Source of the DNA: Patescibacteria group bacterium
GTDB taxonomy: Bacteria; Patescibacteriota; Patescibacteriia; Patescibacteriales; UBA12465
Reading direction: 5' to 3'
DNA length: 64,000 nucleotides
Assembly (NCBI GenBank): GCA_041650775.1
Contig: JBAZKO010000001.1
Coordinates: 134,008-198,007 of the forward strand
In this document: one piece after another, positions 22,870-32,927 of the stretch
Layout of the letters: the number at the start of each line of letters is the position of its first letter
Position numbering within the stretch: the stretch's first letter is position 1
Position numbers and translations under genes: made by a program
Notes under the pieces: model-generated
The model's database searches: none
What the model saw: only the letters and a program-made list of their open reading frames with translations
What the model was told of the DNA's origin: nothing

Positions 22870-22892
22870 AATTTATTTTTTTACGTTAGTGA

Positions 22893-24002
22893 TTACAGTT
22901 CTAAATCTTCCAATAGTTGCTTCTGTTTTTTATTCAATCCAGCCGGAATTCTTACGGTTATTTTCACAAACTGATCGCCGGTACCGCGATTATATAATTT
23001 GGTTATTCCTTTTTCCTTTAATTTAAAAACCGTGCCCGACTGCGTGCCTTCGGGAATCTTCAATTTTACCGAGCCGTGAATAGTGTCCACCTCAATCTTA
23101 TCGCCCAAAATTGCTTGCTTAACACTAATAGTTTCTTCCGTTCGGATATCATAGCCGGCGCGAATGAATTTCTTATGGGCGGAAACTTTCACGCGCAGAT
23201 ATAAATCGCCGGCTGGCACGCCTTTCTGACCGGCTTCTCCTTGGCCGCTTAATTTTATTGATTCGCCGTCATTGATGCCGGCCGGAATACGAACTTTAAA
23301 TTTAACCTGATCATGATAAACACCGGCGCCGCCGCACTTCGTACATTTTTGCGAATAAATTTTTCCGTCGCCGCCGCAATGCGAGCAGGTCGCTTGCGTC
23401 TGAATATTGCCTAAAATCGTACGCTGGATACGACTGACATGGCCGGTGCCATGACAGGTCGAACAGGTTTCAATTTTCGCTCCCGGTTCGGCGCCATTAC
23501 CATGACAGCGGTCGCAAATTATGTCCTTGGAAAAGCTAATTTCTTTTTCCAGACCGAAAGCCGCTTCGAGAAAATCCAGATTTACTTTCATCTCCAAATC
23601 GCGGCCGCGAGATTGTTTTCGCGAAGCGCCGCCGCGGGAAGAGCCGCTGCCGAAGCCGAAGATGTCGCCGAAGCCGCCAAACATATCGCCCAAGTCTTCG
23701 AAATCGAAGCCTTGCCCGCCCTGGAAACCGCCGAAACCCTGACCGCCGAAGCCGCCTGCGCCTTGACCGCCGGCATTATTAAATCCGCCCTGATGGAAAG
23801 CGGCCGAACCGAACTGATCATAGCGCTGGCGTTTTTCCGCGTTGCCTAAGACCTGATAAGCTTCGTTCAGCTCCTTGAATTTCTCGGTATCGCCACCTTT
23901 GTCCGGATGATGCTCGTGCGCTTTCTTGCGAAAAGCGGTCTTGATTTCATCGGCTCTCGCGGATTTACCGACGCCTAATATATCGTAATAATCTTTGGGC
24001 AT
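22893..24002 (-). CDS. dnaJ: chaperone DnaJ
   Basis: J-domain (DYYDILGV...HPDK), G/F-rich region, and four CxxCxGxG zinc motifs. The start is set at ATG 24002 (MPKDYYDILGV). Confidence 0.96.
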   Translation of the reverse strand: MPKDYYDILGVGKSARADEIKTAFRKKAHEHHPDKGGDTEKFKELNEAYQVLGNAEKRQRYDQFGSAAFHQGGFNNAGGQGAGGFGGQGFGGFQGGQGFDFEDLGDMFGGFGDIFGFGSGSSRGGASRKQSRGRDLEMKVNLDFLEAAFGLEKEISFSKDIICDRCHGNGAEPGAKIETCSTCHGTGHVSRIQRTILGNIQTQATCSHCGGDGKIYSQKCTKCGGAGVYHDQVKFKVRIPAGINDGESIKLSGQGEAGQKGVPAGDLYLRVKVSAHKKFIRAGYDIRTEETISVKQAILGDKIEVDTIHGSVKLKIPEGTQSGTVFKLKEKGITKLYNRGTGDQFVKITVRIPAGLNKKQKQLLEDLEL

Positions 24003-24062
24003 AATTATTAATTTAACAAGTTGCCCCTCTGAAAAACAGAGAGGCAACCTATAAAAAACTAA

Positions 24063-25988
24063 TTACTTCTTCTCCTCCACTTCCCCCTCCACGACATTAT
24101 CATCTTTTTTATCAGCTCCGGCGCTAGCACCAGCCTCAGCGCCCGCGGCACCCGCTCCCGCCGCTCCTGCTCCGGCCGCATTCGCGCCCGGTTGCTGGTA
24201 CATCGCCGCGCCAATCTTTTGCGCGATGGTATTTATCTCTTCCATCTTTTTCTTCATCTCGTCGAGATTACCAGACTCCTTCGCCTTTTTAAGTTCGGCA
24301 TTCTTGTCTTCAAGTTCTTTCTTATCCTCGGGCTTCATCTTATCGCCCGATTCCTTGATCATCTTTTCCATCGTGAAGCTGACGGCATCGGCCTGATTTT
24401 TTATTTCTACTTCTTCTTTCTTTTTCTTATCATCCTCGGCGTGTAGTTCCGCTTCTTTCTTCATCTTCTCGATTTCATCTTTTGACAAGCCGGAAGATGC
24501 GGTAATCGTAATCTTCTGCTGTTTATTCGTCGCTTTATCGGTCGCGGAAACGTTCAAAATGCCGTTGGCGTCCAAATCAAACTTGACTTCAACCTGCGGA
24601 ATACCGCGCGGCGCGGACGGGATGCCGTCCAAAGTAAAATGACCCAGAGTCTTGTTATCGCTCGCCATCGGGCGTTCGCCCTGGACGATATGGATCTCGA
24701 CCGCGGTCTGGCCATCAGCGGCCGTGGAGAATACTTGCGATTTAGAGGTCGGAATAGTCGTATTCCTTTCGATTAAAGGCGTGGCGACGCCACCCAGGGT
24801 TTCGATACCTAAAGTGAGCGGGGTAACATCTAATAACAAAACGTCCTTAACATCGCCCTGGAGCACGCCGGCTTGTACCGCCGCGCCCATAGCCACGACT
24901 TCGTCCGGATTAACGGTCAGGTTCGGTTCCTTGCCAAAGAATTCTTTCACTTTCTGTAATACCAAAGGCATGCGGGTCATACCGCCGACCATTAGAACTT
25001 CTTCAATATCATTAATGGAAAATTTAGCGTCAGCGAGGGCTTTCTTGCACGGCTCGATTGTTTTTTCGACCAGATCCATAACCAAAGCTTCGAGTTTCGC
25101 GCGGGACAACTTCATAACTAGATGCTTCGGACCGTTCGCGTCAGTCGTAATGAACGGCTGGTTAATCTCGGTCTCCTGCGCCGTCGATAATTCGATCTTC
25201 GCTTTTTCCGCCGACTCTTTTATTCTCTGTAGAGCTAAGGTATCCTTAGACAAATCGATGCCCTGGTCTTTCTTAAATTCTTCGATTATCCAATTAATAA
25301 TCCTCTGATCAAAATCCTCGCCTCCCAAATGAGTGTCGCCGTTAGTAGCCTTTACTTCAACAGTATCGGCGGAAATATCAAGTACGGAAACATCAAAAGT
25401 TCCGCCGCCCAAGTCATAGACGACAATCTGCTGGCCAGCTTTTTTATCAAAGCCATAAGCAAGCGCGGCCGCGGTCGGCTCATTAATAATGCGTTTCACA
25501 TCCAAACCGGCAATCTGGCCGGCGTCTTTGGTCGCTTGGCGCTGAGAATCGTTAAAATAAGCCGGAACGGTAATGATCGCTTCCGTGATCTTTTCGCCTA
25601 ATTTCGCTTCCGCATCGGCTTTTAATTTAGACAGAATCATCGCTGAAAGTTCCTGCGGCGTATATTCCTTATCGCCCAATTTCACTTTGACGCCTTCGCC
25701 AGCCTGTAAAATCTTATAGGGCACGGTTTTTAAATCGCGTTGGACTTCATCTTCGCCGAAATGGCGGCCGATTAAGCGCTTGACGGCGTAAACCGTATTT
25801 TCCGGATTAATGACCGCCTGGCGCTTGGCCGATTGGCCGACGATGCGTTCATTGTTCTTGGACAGCGCGACAATAGACGGGGTCGTGCGGTTACCTTCGA
25901 TGTTCTCAATGATCTTCGGAAGACCGCCCTCCATGATCGCCATGGCGGAGTTCGTCGTTCCCAGATCGATTCCTAAAATTTTTGACAT
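24063..25988 (-). CDS. dnaK: chaperone DnaK (Hsp70)
   Basis: 641 aa with canonical Hsp70 motifs ([25 protein letters not shown]). Confidence 0.98.
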   Translation of the reverse strand: MSKILGIDLGTTNSAMAIMEGGLPKIIENIEGNRTTPSIVALSKNNERIVGQSAKRQAVINPENTVYAVKRLIGRHFGEDEVQRDLKTVPYKILQAGEGVKVKLGDKEYTPQELSAMILSKLKADAEAKLGEKITEAIITVPAYFNDSQRQATKDAGQIAGLDVKRIINEPTAAALAYGFDKKAGQQIVVYDLGGGTFDVSVLDISADTVEVKATNGDTHLGGEDFDQRIINWIIEEFKKDQGIDLSKDTLALQRIKESAEKAKIELSTAQETEINQPFITTDANGPKHLVMKLSRAKLEALVMDLVEKTIEPCKKALADAKFSINDIEEVLMVGGMTRMPLVLQKVKEFFGKEPNLTVNPDEVVAMGAAVQAGVLQGDVKDVLLLDVTPLTLGIETLGGVATPLIERNTTIPTSKSQVFSTAADGQTAVEIHIVQGERPMASDNKTLGHFTLDGIPSAPRGIPQVEVKFDLDANGILNVSATDKATNKQQKITITASSGLSKDEIEKMKKEAELHAEDDKKKKEEVEIKNQADAVSFTMEKMIKESGDKMKPEDKKELEDKNAELKKAKESGNLDEMKKKMEEINTIAQKIGAAMYQQPGANAAGAGAAGAGAAGAEAGASAGADKKDDNVVEGEVEEKK

Positions 25989-26064
25989 ATGGTTTTTTTA
26001 TTTATTATTTTTAATCATTAACTCATTCCCGACCCCGCCAATCAGGGCCGGTATCAACTAACGA

Positions 26065-26496
26065 TTATTTTTTCTTCGCTTGAATTTTAATGGTCTTCGG
26101 TTTGACTTCAGCCGCTTTCGGCACGGTAATCTTTAAGATCCCCTCGCCGCTTTCCGCGCTAGCCTTATCGCCATCGACTTTCGTCGGGAGCGGAATTGAG
26201 CGGTAGAAAGAGCCACGACGGATTTCCTTGCGGTAATAATTCTTATCCTCGACTTCGCTCTTCTTCTCGCTTTCACCTTTGATGGTTAAAACATTATTTT
26301 CAATAGAAATATCAACTTTCTCCGGATCAATGCCGCCGAGCTGTGTCTCGACGATCACATTGTCCTTGTCTTCATACATATCGATCGCGGGCGTAAACCC
26401 GAATTGATTGCCGCGGACTGTCGGCAACATTTCACCCATCGCTTTTTCCATGTCATCGAACTCCGGAAAGAACGGGGCCCATTTGATTAATGACAT
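26065..26496 (-). CDS. small heat-shock protein (Hsp20/alpha-crystallin)
   Basis: Alpha-crystallin domain (PAIDMYEDKDNVIVETQLGG...FYRSIPLP...GILKITVPK). ATG 26496 (MSLIKWAPFF) is preferred over the 12-codon longer ORF. Confidence 0.9.
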   Translation of the reverse strand: MSLIKWAPFFPEFDDMEKAMGEMLPTVRGNQFGFTPAIDMYEDKDNVIVETQLGGIDPEKVDISIENNVLTIKGESEKKSEVEDKNYYRKEIRRGSFYRSIPLPTKVDGDKASAESGEGILKITVPKAAEVKPKTIKIQAKKK

Positions 26497-26564
26497 AAAT
26501 TTATATATCTTTCCATAAAACTTGATTATCACGCCAAGTGAATACGGAAAGAAAAATTAAATAT

Positions 26565-27182
26565 TTATTCCACGATTACCTTCGCGTGCCTGATAACCTT
26601 ACCGTTTAATTTATAGCCCGGCATTATTTCCTGCATGACTGTCTCACCCTTGCCGTCGATTGCTTCCATTAAATCATGGTCGAATTTTTCGCCTACGGTT
26701 TTTATTTCCTCAACGCCGCGGCTGGCCAAGATATCCTTAAACTGCTTTAAGACATGGCGGACACCGACGGCCCAAGGACTTTTTGCTTCTTCCTCGCTCA
26801 GCCCGGACAAAGATAATTTCAAATGATCATAAACCGGGATTATATCCTGCAAGAAATCACTAACCGCGTATTTTACGAATTCTTCCCGATCCTTCGCCGT
26901 CTGTTTCAGGAGATTCTGATAATCGGCTAAAGCGCGCAGGTATTTATGCTCGGCGCTTTCCGCTTCTTCCTCGCGGAGGAACTCGAAACGCGGCTTTTTA
27001 ACGCCCTCGACTTCCACTTCGCCGGAAAACATCGCCCGCGGCCGCACCCAGAGCTTTTTTTCATCCTTAATATCCCGGTAAACGACCATTCCTTCTTTGG
27101 TCTCGGAGTCCCGGACTTCTTCTAAAACCTGATATTCGCCGCCTTTATAATGGCGGTAAATTCCTTTCTTCAATTCTTCCAT
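26565..27182 (-). CDS. grpE: GrpE nucleotide-exchange factor with an extra N-terminal DUF1653-like domain
   Basis: The C-terminal ~140 aa are typical GrpE (YLRALADYQNLLKQ...FDHDLMEAI...PGYKLNGKVIRHAKV). The first ~65 aa (GIYRHYKGGEYQVLEEVRDSETKEGMVVYRD...LWVRPRAMF...PRFEFL) form a separate small domain. The start at ATG 27182 abuts the hrcA stop. Confidence 0.85.
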   Translation of the reverse strand: MEELKKGIYRHYKGGEYQVLEEVRDSETKEGMVVYRDIKDEKKLWVRPRAMFSGEVEVEGVKKPRFEFLREEEAESAEHKYLRALADYQNLLKQTAKDREEFVKYAVSDFLQDIIPVYDHLKLSLSGLSEEEAKSPWAVGVRHVLKQFKDILASRGVEEIKTVGEKFDHDLMEAIDGKGETVMQEIMPGYKLNGKVIRHAKVIVE

Positions 27183-27183
27183 A

Positions 27184-27876
27184 TTATTCAAACTTTTGTT
27201 TAATAAATTCCACGAGCGCCAGGTTCCGATTATAGTCCATGCGCATCGGGCCGATAATGCCGAAGAGACCACTCTGGCCGTTATGCTTATACTTCACGAG
27301 CACTGTGCTTAAGAAATTTCCAAAGGGATTTTTCGCCCCAATCATCACCTGTTCGCCCATTCCTAAATCTTCGAAAACATCATCAATAATTTCTTCCAGA
27401 CGATCAATAATACCGGACATATCACAGACGGCGTTCACCTGCTTGAATTCCGGCTGGGAAAAAAGATTGGCTAAGCCGGTATAATACAGATCGTTTTTAT
27501 GAAAAGCCCAGAAAACCGCGCCGTTCGCCAGCTCGGCAATCGCTTTCGCCGTCTGTTTATAGGCGCTCTCCTCTTTCTGAAAAAGCTGACCGAGAAGCTT
27601 CTCTTCCGTTTCACGCAGACTCTTTTTCTTATCCGCGACTTGCCAATCGGCAACGATAAGCTCGTAGGCGGCGCCCGTCGGCACGCGGCCGGCGGAAGTA
27701 TGCGGCTGATAAATATAGCCCTCTTCTTCAAGCTCCATCATCTCATTGCGCACCGTTGCCGGCGAAATTTCCAGCTTATACTTCTCCACGAGGCCGCCCG
27801 AAGAGACCGGCGTCGCGGTCTTCACGTACTCCTTGATTATTGTTTCCAACAAAAATTTTTTACGGTCGGAAATCAT
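27184..27876 (-). CDS. hrcA: heat-inducible transcription repressor HrcA (short form, 230 aa)
   Basis: N-terminal winged helix (TATPVSSGGLVEKYKLEISPATVRNEMMELEEEGYIYQPHTSAGRVPT). It is the first gene of the hrcA-grpE-dnaK-dnaJ operon and has a CIRCE upstream. Confidence 0.88.
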   Translation of the reverse strand: MISDRKKFLLETIIKEYVKTATPVSSGGLVEKYKLEISPATVRNEMMELEEEGYIYQPHTSAGRVPTGAAYELIVADWQVADKKKSLRETEEKLLGQLFQKEESAYKQTAKAIAELANGAVFWAFHKNDLYYTGLANLFSQPEFKQVNAVCDMSGIIDRLEEIIDDVFEDLGMGEQVMIGAKNPFGNFLSTVLVKYKHNGQSGLFGIIGPMRMDYNRNLALVEFIKQKFE

Positions 27877-27884
27877 ATAAAACC

Positions 27885-27913
27885 ATTATATAAAATATTA
27901 GCACTCCCGTCAA
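27885..27913 (-). promoter_or_regulatory. hrcA operon promoter TTGACG-17-TATAAT
   Basis: Minus strand: the -35 (27913-27908) lies inside the CIRCE spacer, and the -10 is at 27890-27885. The ATG at 27876 starts 9 nt after the -10. Confidence 0.7.
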
Positions 27914-27924
27914 GAGAGTGCTAA
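27898..27924. promoter_or_regulatory. CIRCE operator, perfect consensus
   Basis: TTAGCACTC-CCGTCAAGA-GAGTGCTAA, an exact match to TTAGCACTC-N9-GAGTGCTAA. Confidence 0.95.
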
Positions 27925-28011
27925 TAGCTATAATTACTTGCCTTTTTTAAAAAAATACGAAAGCCAAAGACTTCCGTTTTTTATTGGCCAAAAATAACTG
28001 AGTTCCCTCCT

Positions 28012-28509
28012 TTAGAACCCGATTGCTTGCCGGTCATCCAGGAACTTCTGATACTGCTCCGGGCTGAAAAGCTCGCGATTGGAAAAATTATGCGCGGCCC
28101 GATAGACCAGGGAATAATTCTTGGCTGGATAATGGTTGATCAGACAATCGGAAATCAGATGTACCATACCGCCCAGGGACAAAGCCAGGATAAAGACAAA
28201 GACTATGGTTCGGCGGCGCAGGCACCAGGCGGCAATAAGCAAAAGCGGCAAATATTCCCAGGCATGGAACCAGAGACGAACCAAATCGCTCGTCAGGAAT
28301 TGCCGGCCGTTAAAAAACATATAAAAATTAAAATGCAGACCGAAAACCAAAAAATATTCCAGGACATGATCCAAGTCAATTAAAAAACCGCCACAAACGC
28401 CGCCGATAATCCCAATCAGCGGCCGCTTGAAATGGCGTCCGACAAGGTAGCCGGCGAGAACCGCCAGCACGAAATGGATAAAAAGATGCAAAGGCAAAGG
28501 TAATTCCAT
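28012..28509 (-). CDS. membrane-bound metal-dependent hydrolase-like protein (YdjM/DUF457-like)
   Basis: 165 aa with 4-5 TM helices and conserved-looking DLDH and HLISD motifs. Confidence 0.5.
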   Translation of the reverse strand: MELPLPLHLFIHFVLAVLAGYLVGRHFKRPLIGIIGGVCGGFLIDLDHVLEYFLVFGLHFNFYMFFNGRQFLTSDLVRLWFHAWEYLPLLLIAAWCLRRRTIVFVFILALSLGGMVHLISDCLINHYPAKNYSLVYRAAHNFSNRELFSPEQYQKFLDDRQAIGF

Positions 28510-28523
28510 AAAAATACTTAATT

Positions 28524-30623
28524 CTAATTAGATTTATTACTAAAATACCAGTTTAGAATATCTTTGGCAATCGGTACGGCGATAGTGCTTCCTTCCACGC
28601 CTTCTTCTACCAATACCATGATCGCCACCTGGGGATTATCATAAGGAGCAAAACCGATAAACCAGGCATGCGGACTTTTTTTGGTCGACCATTGAGCCGT
28701 CCCAGTCTTACCCGCGACGGAAACTGGCAAAGCGTTTAAAGAACGAGCACTGCCCAGCGTAACGGTTTCGCGCATCCCGGCGCGAACAATTTTTAAATTG
28801 GCAGTATCAATAAAATCGCGCCGAATTACCACCGGCTTGATTTCTTCAATAATTTTATTATCCTCCCCTAAAATTTTACTGACTAAATGCGGTTCGTATA
28901 AGATTCCACCATTGGCGATGGCGGCGGTATAATTGGCGACCTGAAGCGGTGTCACCAGAACGTCACCCTGACCGATGGCGAAGTGATAGGTGTCGCCGAT
29001 ATACCATGGCTCTTTTTTAATCTGTTCTTTCCAATCGGCCGTTGGCACGAAGCCCGCCCGTTCGCCCGGCAGATCGATGCCAGTCGACTCACCTAAACCG
29101 AACAGCCGCGCGTATTTTACCAAACCGCTTACTCCCAATCCTTTAAAATCGCCGTAGCCACCACCAATATAATAGAAAAAGGTATTGACTGAGTTGGCAA
29201 TCGCTTTTTTAACATCAATCACGCCATGGCCGCCCGCTTTCCAATCGGGAAAAAACCACTCGCCGATACGCAAACCGCCGGTACTTAAAAAACTGGTAAC
29301 TTCCGTAATGACCTTCTCCTGTAAAGCGCCGGCCGCGAAAATCGGTTTAATTGTCGAACCGGAAGGAAATTCTCCGCTCACGGCTCGATTAAACAGGGGC
29401 TGATTGATATCTTCCAAAAATTTATCATATTCTTTCTGGCTTATACCGCGGGCGAATAAATTATTATTATAACCAGGCAAACTGACCAGCGCTAAAATTT
29501 CGCCGTTATCGGGGTTCATGACAATAACCGCGGCCCGGTGCAGATTAGCCTTTTTTAAATAAGCATTAGTCACTTCTTCCGCTTTTAGTTGCAAGCTGGC
29601 ATCAAGCGCCAACTGCAAATTGACGCCGTTTACGGCCGGTACTTCATTAACGACTTTTTTCTGACGGCCAAGGGCGTCTACTTCGATATTCTTGCGACCC
29701 GGGGTTCCTTTCAATTCTTTTTCCCAGGAATATTCGATTCCCATCTTGCCTACATAATCAATCGGCGAATAACCGGCTCCCAGAGTTTTTAATTCCGAAT
29801 CGTTAATTTTGCCGGTATAACCTAAAATATGAGCGAAACTGCTTTCTCCTAAAACTGTAGATCCTCCGTCAGCCGCCGGCAACAAATATTCGCGGCGAAT
29901 CTTACTGGATAAAAATACCCCGGGCCAATCCGGTAATTTCAAAGCGATCAGCATCGCCTTGTCGTAGTCAATATTATCAACTACAAAAAGCGACTGATAC
30001 GACTCTAGCGACCCAATATCAACTTTAGACAAAGATTCTTTGAGTTTATAAAACTGGCTACTGTCCGCCACGATATTTATCGGCGCGGTGCCGGTCGCGG
30101 CGAAAATATCGTCAGTGGCGGTTTGACTGCCGTCCAAAATCTGACTGATCTGCCGCAAAAGATTATCGCGCACCAACTCATTTTTCGGCAAATCAATCGG
30201 CCGGAAATACAGAACAAAATTAGCGGTATTACGCACCAACGGTTTTAAATCTGAGGTATAGATGATTCCCCGTTTCGGATCAAGAACTTCGGCGCGCAAA
30301 CGGTTGTCTTCGGCCAGCAGACTGTAATAATCGTTCTTTATAATTTGCAACCAAGAAGCGCGAAGAAGTAAGACCATCAGAGCGATTACCGCCGCTAAAG
30401 CGAGATATTGAAGCTTGGAAAAATCAAAAGAACGGCTGACTATCTCTTTGTGGCTACTGTCAGCTAAAAACGACTGTTCGGTCCAGTCGGTATAATAAAA
30501 TGAGTCCTTTAATTGGCCAAAGCGGAATTTCCCCTCCTTAACCAGAAAAAGGTCATCGTTTTTGGCGCGCAAAGACTCAATCAGGCGATTTTTTCCGGCA
30601 TTTTTGAAAATATTATGACCCAT
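28524..30623 (-). CDS. mrdA: penicillin-binding protein 2 (class B transpeptidase)
   Basis: 699 aa with an N-terminal anchor, a dimerisation domain, and the transpeptidase motifs SGSTIKP (SxxK), SVN (SxN) and KTGT. Confidence 0.9.
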   Translation of the reverse strand: MGHNIFKNAGKNRLIESLRAKNDDLFLVKEGKFRFGQLKDSFYYTDWTEQSFLADSSHKEIVSRSFDFSKLQYLALAAVIALMVLLLRASWLQIIKNDYYSLLAEDNRLRAEVLDPKRGIIYTSDLKPLVRNTANFVLYFRPIDLPKNELVRDNLLRQISQILDGSQTATDDIFAATGTAPINIVADSSQFYKLKESLSKVDIGSLESYQSLFVVDNIDYDKAMLIALKLPDWPGVFLSSKIRREYLLPAADGGSTVLGESSFAHILGYTGKINDSELKTLGAGYSPIDYVGKMGIEYSWEKELKGTPGRKNIEVDALGRQKKVVNEVPAVNGVNLQLALDASLQLKAEEVTNAYLKKANLHRAAVIVMNPDNGEILALVSLPGYNNNLFARGISQKEYDKFLEDINQPLFNRAVSGEFPSGSTIKPIFAAGALQEKVITEVTSFLSTGGLRIGEWFFPDWKAGGHGVIDVKKAIANSVNTFFYYIGGGYGDFKGLGVSGLVKYARLFGLGESTGIDLPGERAGFVPTADWKEQIKKEPWYIGDTYHFAIGQGDVLVTPLQVANYTAAIANGGILYEPHLVSKILGEDNKIIEEIKPVVIRRDFIDTANLKIVRAGMRETVTLGSARSLNALPVSVAGKTGTAQWSTKKSPHAWFIGFAPYDNPQVAIMVLVEEGVEGSTIAVPIAKDILNWYFSNKSN

Positions 30624-30788
30624 AATTTTATCTTAACGCGGATTTACGGGAAAGGCAAACTAGCCCACCGCCATTTTTCAGGACTTTATTTTTTCTTTAA
30701 AAAAAATTTAAATTTTATTAATCCCCCTGGTCGTATAATAAAATCCTAATTGTTTACTTGCCTAATCTGCGCTAAAATAAAAGAAGAT

Positions 30789-31460
30789 ATGCGGATTTTA
30801 ATTGTCGAAGACGATAATAATATTATCCGGCCGCTGATGGCCGCTCTGAAGACGGCGGGATACGCCACTGATGTCGCTTCCGACGGCGAACGCGGTTATT
30901 TTTTGGCGCGCCTCAACAATTACAGCCTGCTTATCTTAGATTATAACCTGCCAAAAATGAGCGGCCGGGAAATTATTAAAAAAATTCGCGGCGACGGATC
31001 ACCTGTTCCGATAATCATAACAACAATCCACGGCGAATTGGACGATAAAATCGATCTACTGACGCTCGGCGCCGACGATTATCTAACTAAACCTTTCGCT
31101 TTATCCGAATTATTGGCCCGAATCAAAGCGGTTTTACGGCGGCCAAAAAATTGGGAAGGACAAACTTTAAGATGCGGAGAATTAGAACTTAATCCTGATA
31201 AATTTCTGGTTACCAAAAACGGTCAGCGGATCGACCTGCCTTCCAAAGAATTCGCCCTGTTGGAGTATTTGCTGAAAAACAAAGGACGCATTTTAACGCG
31301 TCAGGAAATAATGGAACATGTCTGGGATGAAAACGCCGATCCCTTTTCCAACACGATCGAAGTCCATATCTGGAATCTCCGGAAAAAACTGGAAACGAAA
31401 AATAAACGGCTAATTTTTACGTTTTCTAACCGCGGCTACAAGCTTGACGAACAAAAATGA
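30789..31460 (+). CDS. OmpR-family response regulator
   Basis: Receiver domain (MRILIVEDD...LDYNLPKMSG...) plus a winged-helix output domain (LTRQEIMEHVWD...TIEVHIWNLRKKL). ATG 30789 is preferred to the upstream TTG. Confidence 0.92.
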   Translation: MRILIVEDDNNIIRPLMAALKTAGYATDVASDGERGYFLARLNNYSLLILDYNLPKMSGREIIKKIRGDGSPVPIIITTIHGELDDKIDLLTLGADDYLTKPFALSELLARIKAVLRRPKNWEGQTLRCGELELNPDKFLVTKNGQRIDLPSKEFALLEYLLKNKGRILTRQEIMEHVWDENADPFSNTIEVHIWNLRKKLETKNKRLIFTFSNRGYKLDEQK

Positions 31461-31496
31461 CGAAAAGAGTGGAAAACGAAAAAGCGCCGACAAATT

Positions 31497-32894
31497 ATGA
31501 CGCTAAAAGACCAAATCAAAAATCTGGTTAAACCTCGTAGCCGCGACGAAGAACCAAGGCGACAGGAATTAATCCTTAATATCCTGCTCTGGCTTTCTAC
31601 TCTGGGCTTTGTTACTTTAAACATTATTCACTTAATCGATTTTTTCCGGGGCGCGCGAAACCGCAGCCTGCCGTTGATTTATATTTTCCTGATTCTGGTT
31701 TTCTTCATCTTTCTGCTTTGGCTGTCAAAAAAGGGGAAAGTGAAAACCGCTTCCTGGTTGCTAATCGCCGTTTATTCCCTGCCGACTTTCTATTCTTTTA
31801 TCACCTGGGGCGCCGATTTACCGGCGGCGCTGATTCTCGCAGTTCTGATCATCGTCCTGACCGGTGTCTTAATCGGCGGCAACCTGGCTTTAATCAGCAC
31901 GATGGTGATCAACATTTTTCTCATCATTCTGACCTATTTTCAGAGCGCCGGAATAATTTCGGTCGACGACTATTGGCGGAAAGAATTGCCGGAGTTGCGC
32001 GACGCGGTTGTTAACGCCGTTTTGTTTTCGATAATTATGGTTATCACCTGGATTTTTTGTCAGGAAATCAAAAAAACTTTGGCCAGAGCCCGGCGGAGTG
32101 AAGCGGATTTACGGCAGGAACGGGATTCTCTGGAAATTAAAGTAGCCCAAAGGACGAAACAACTACGACAGGCGGAGACGGAAAAAATCACCCAGCTTTA
32201 TCGACTGGCGGAGTTCGGCCGCCTGTCTTCGGGAATTTTTCATGATTTGATTAACCCGTTGACGGCGGTTTCCTTAAATCTGGAGCAATTCCGGGGCGGA
32301 GAAAAAAATAAAATTACGGACGCTAAGTCGTACCTCGGCCAAGCTCTTCTGGCGACGCGAAAAATGGAAGGCTTAATCGCCTGTATCAAAAAACAAATCC
32401 GTCAGGAAAGCGGTCCGACGATTTTCGCGGCCGGAGAAGAAATCCGACAAATTATTCAAATCCTGGCTTATAAAACACGCCGCGCCAATATTAAAATAAA
32501 ATTTTCCGGCGATGACGGCATCAAACTCTACGGTGAAGCGATAAAATTCGGACAAATTGTTTCTAACCTGTTAGCAAACGCGATTGAAGCCAGCAAAGAT
32601 CACGAAAAATCAAACGATAAAGAAATAAAAATCGGCTTGAAACGCCAAGACGATATCGCCGTCATGACCGTTAGCGACAACGGCGACGGCATTCCGGCGG
32701 AAAATTTGACCAAAATTTTTGAACCGTTTTTCAGCACAAAAATAGTTCCGTCAACCGACGGCGGCGGTTTGGGAATCGGCCTGGCTTCGATTAAAAACAT
32801 CACGGAAAAAGATTTCCAAGGAAAAATTTTCGTAGCCAGCCGGCTAAATCAAGGGACAATCTTCGCTGTTTGTTTTCCTCTTTTAGACAATTAG
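31497..32894 (+). CDS. membrane sensor histidine kinase
   Basis: 5-6 N-terminal TM helices, H-box FHDLINPL, N-box LLANAIEAS, G1 DNGDGI and G2 GGLGIGL. Confidence 0.9.
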   Translation: MTLKDQIKNLVKPRSRDEEPRRQELILNILLWLSTLGFVTLNIIHLIDFFRGARNRSLPLIYIFLILVFFIFLLWLSKKGKVKTASWLLIAVYSLPTFYSFITWGADLPAALILAVLIIVLTGVLIGGNLALISTMVINIFLIILTYFQSAGIISVDDYWRKELPELRDAVVNAVLFSIIMVITWIFCQEIKKTLARARRSEADLRQERDSLEIKVAQRTKQLRQAETEKITQLYRLAEFGRLSSGIFHDLINPLTAVSLNLEQFRGGEKNKITDAKSYLGQALLATRKMEGLIACIKKQIRQESGPTIFAAGEEIRQIIQILAYKTRRANIKIKFSGDDGIKLYGEAIKFGQIVSNLLANAIEASKDHEKSNDKEIKIGLKRQDDIAVMTVSDNGDGIPAENLTKIFEPFFSTKIVPSTDGGGLGIGLASIKNITEKDFQGKIFVASRLNQGTIFAVCFPLLDN

Positions 32895-32927
32895 TTAAGC
32901 TCGGTCTTAAAGTGCTATAATAAATAA

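Noticed and set aside
27183-27272. 30-codon 5' extension of the grpE ORF overlapping the end of hrcA.
   Set aside because: ATG 27182 sits 2 nt after the hrcA stop and begins the folded DUF1653-like domain. The extension (MVSSALSARCAWTIIGTWRS...) is simply hrcA read in another frame.
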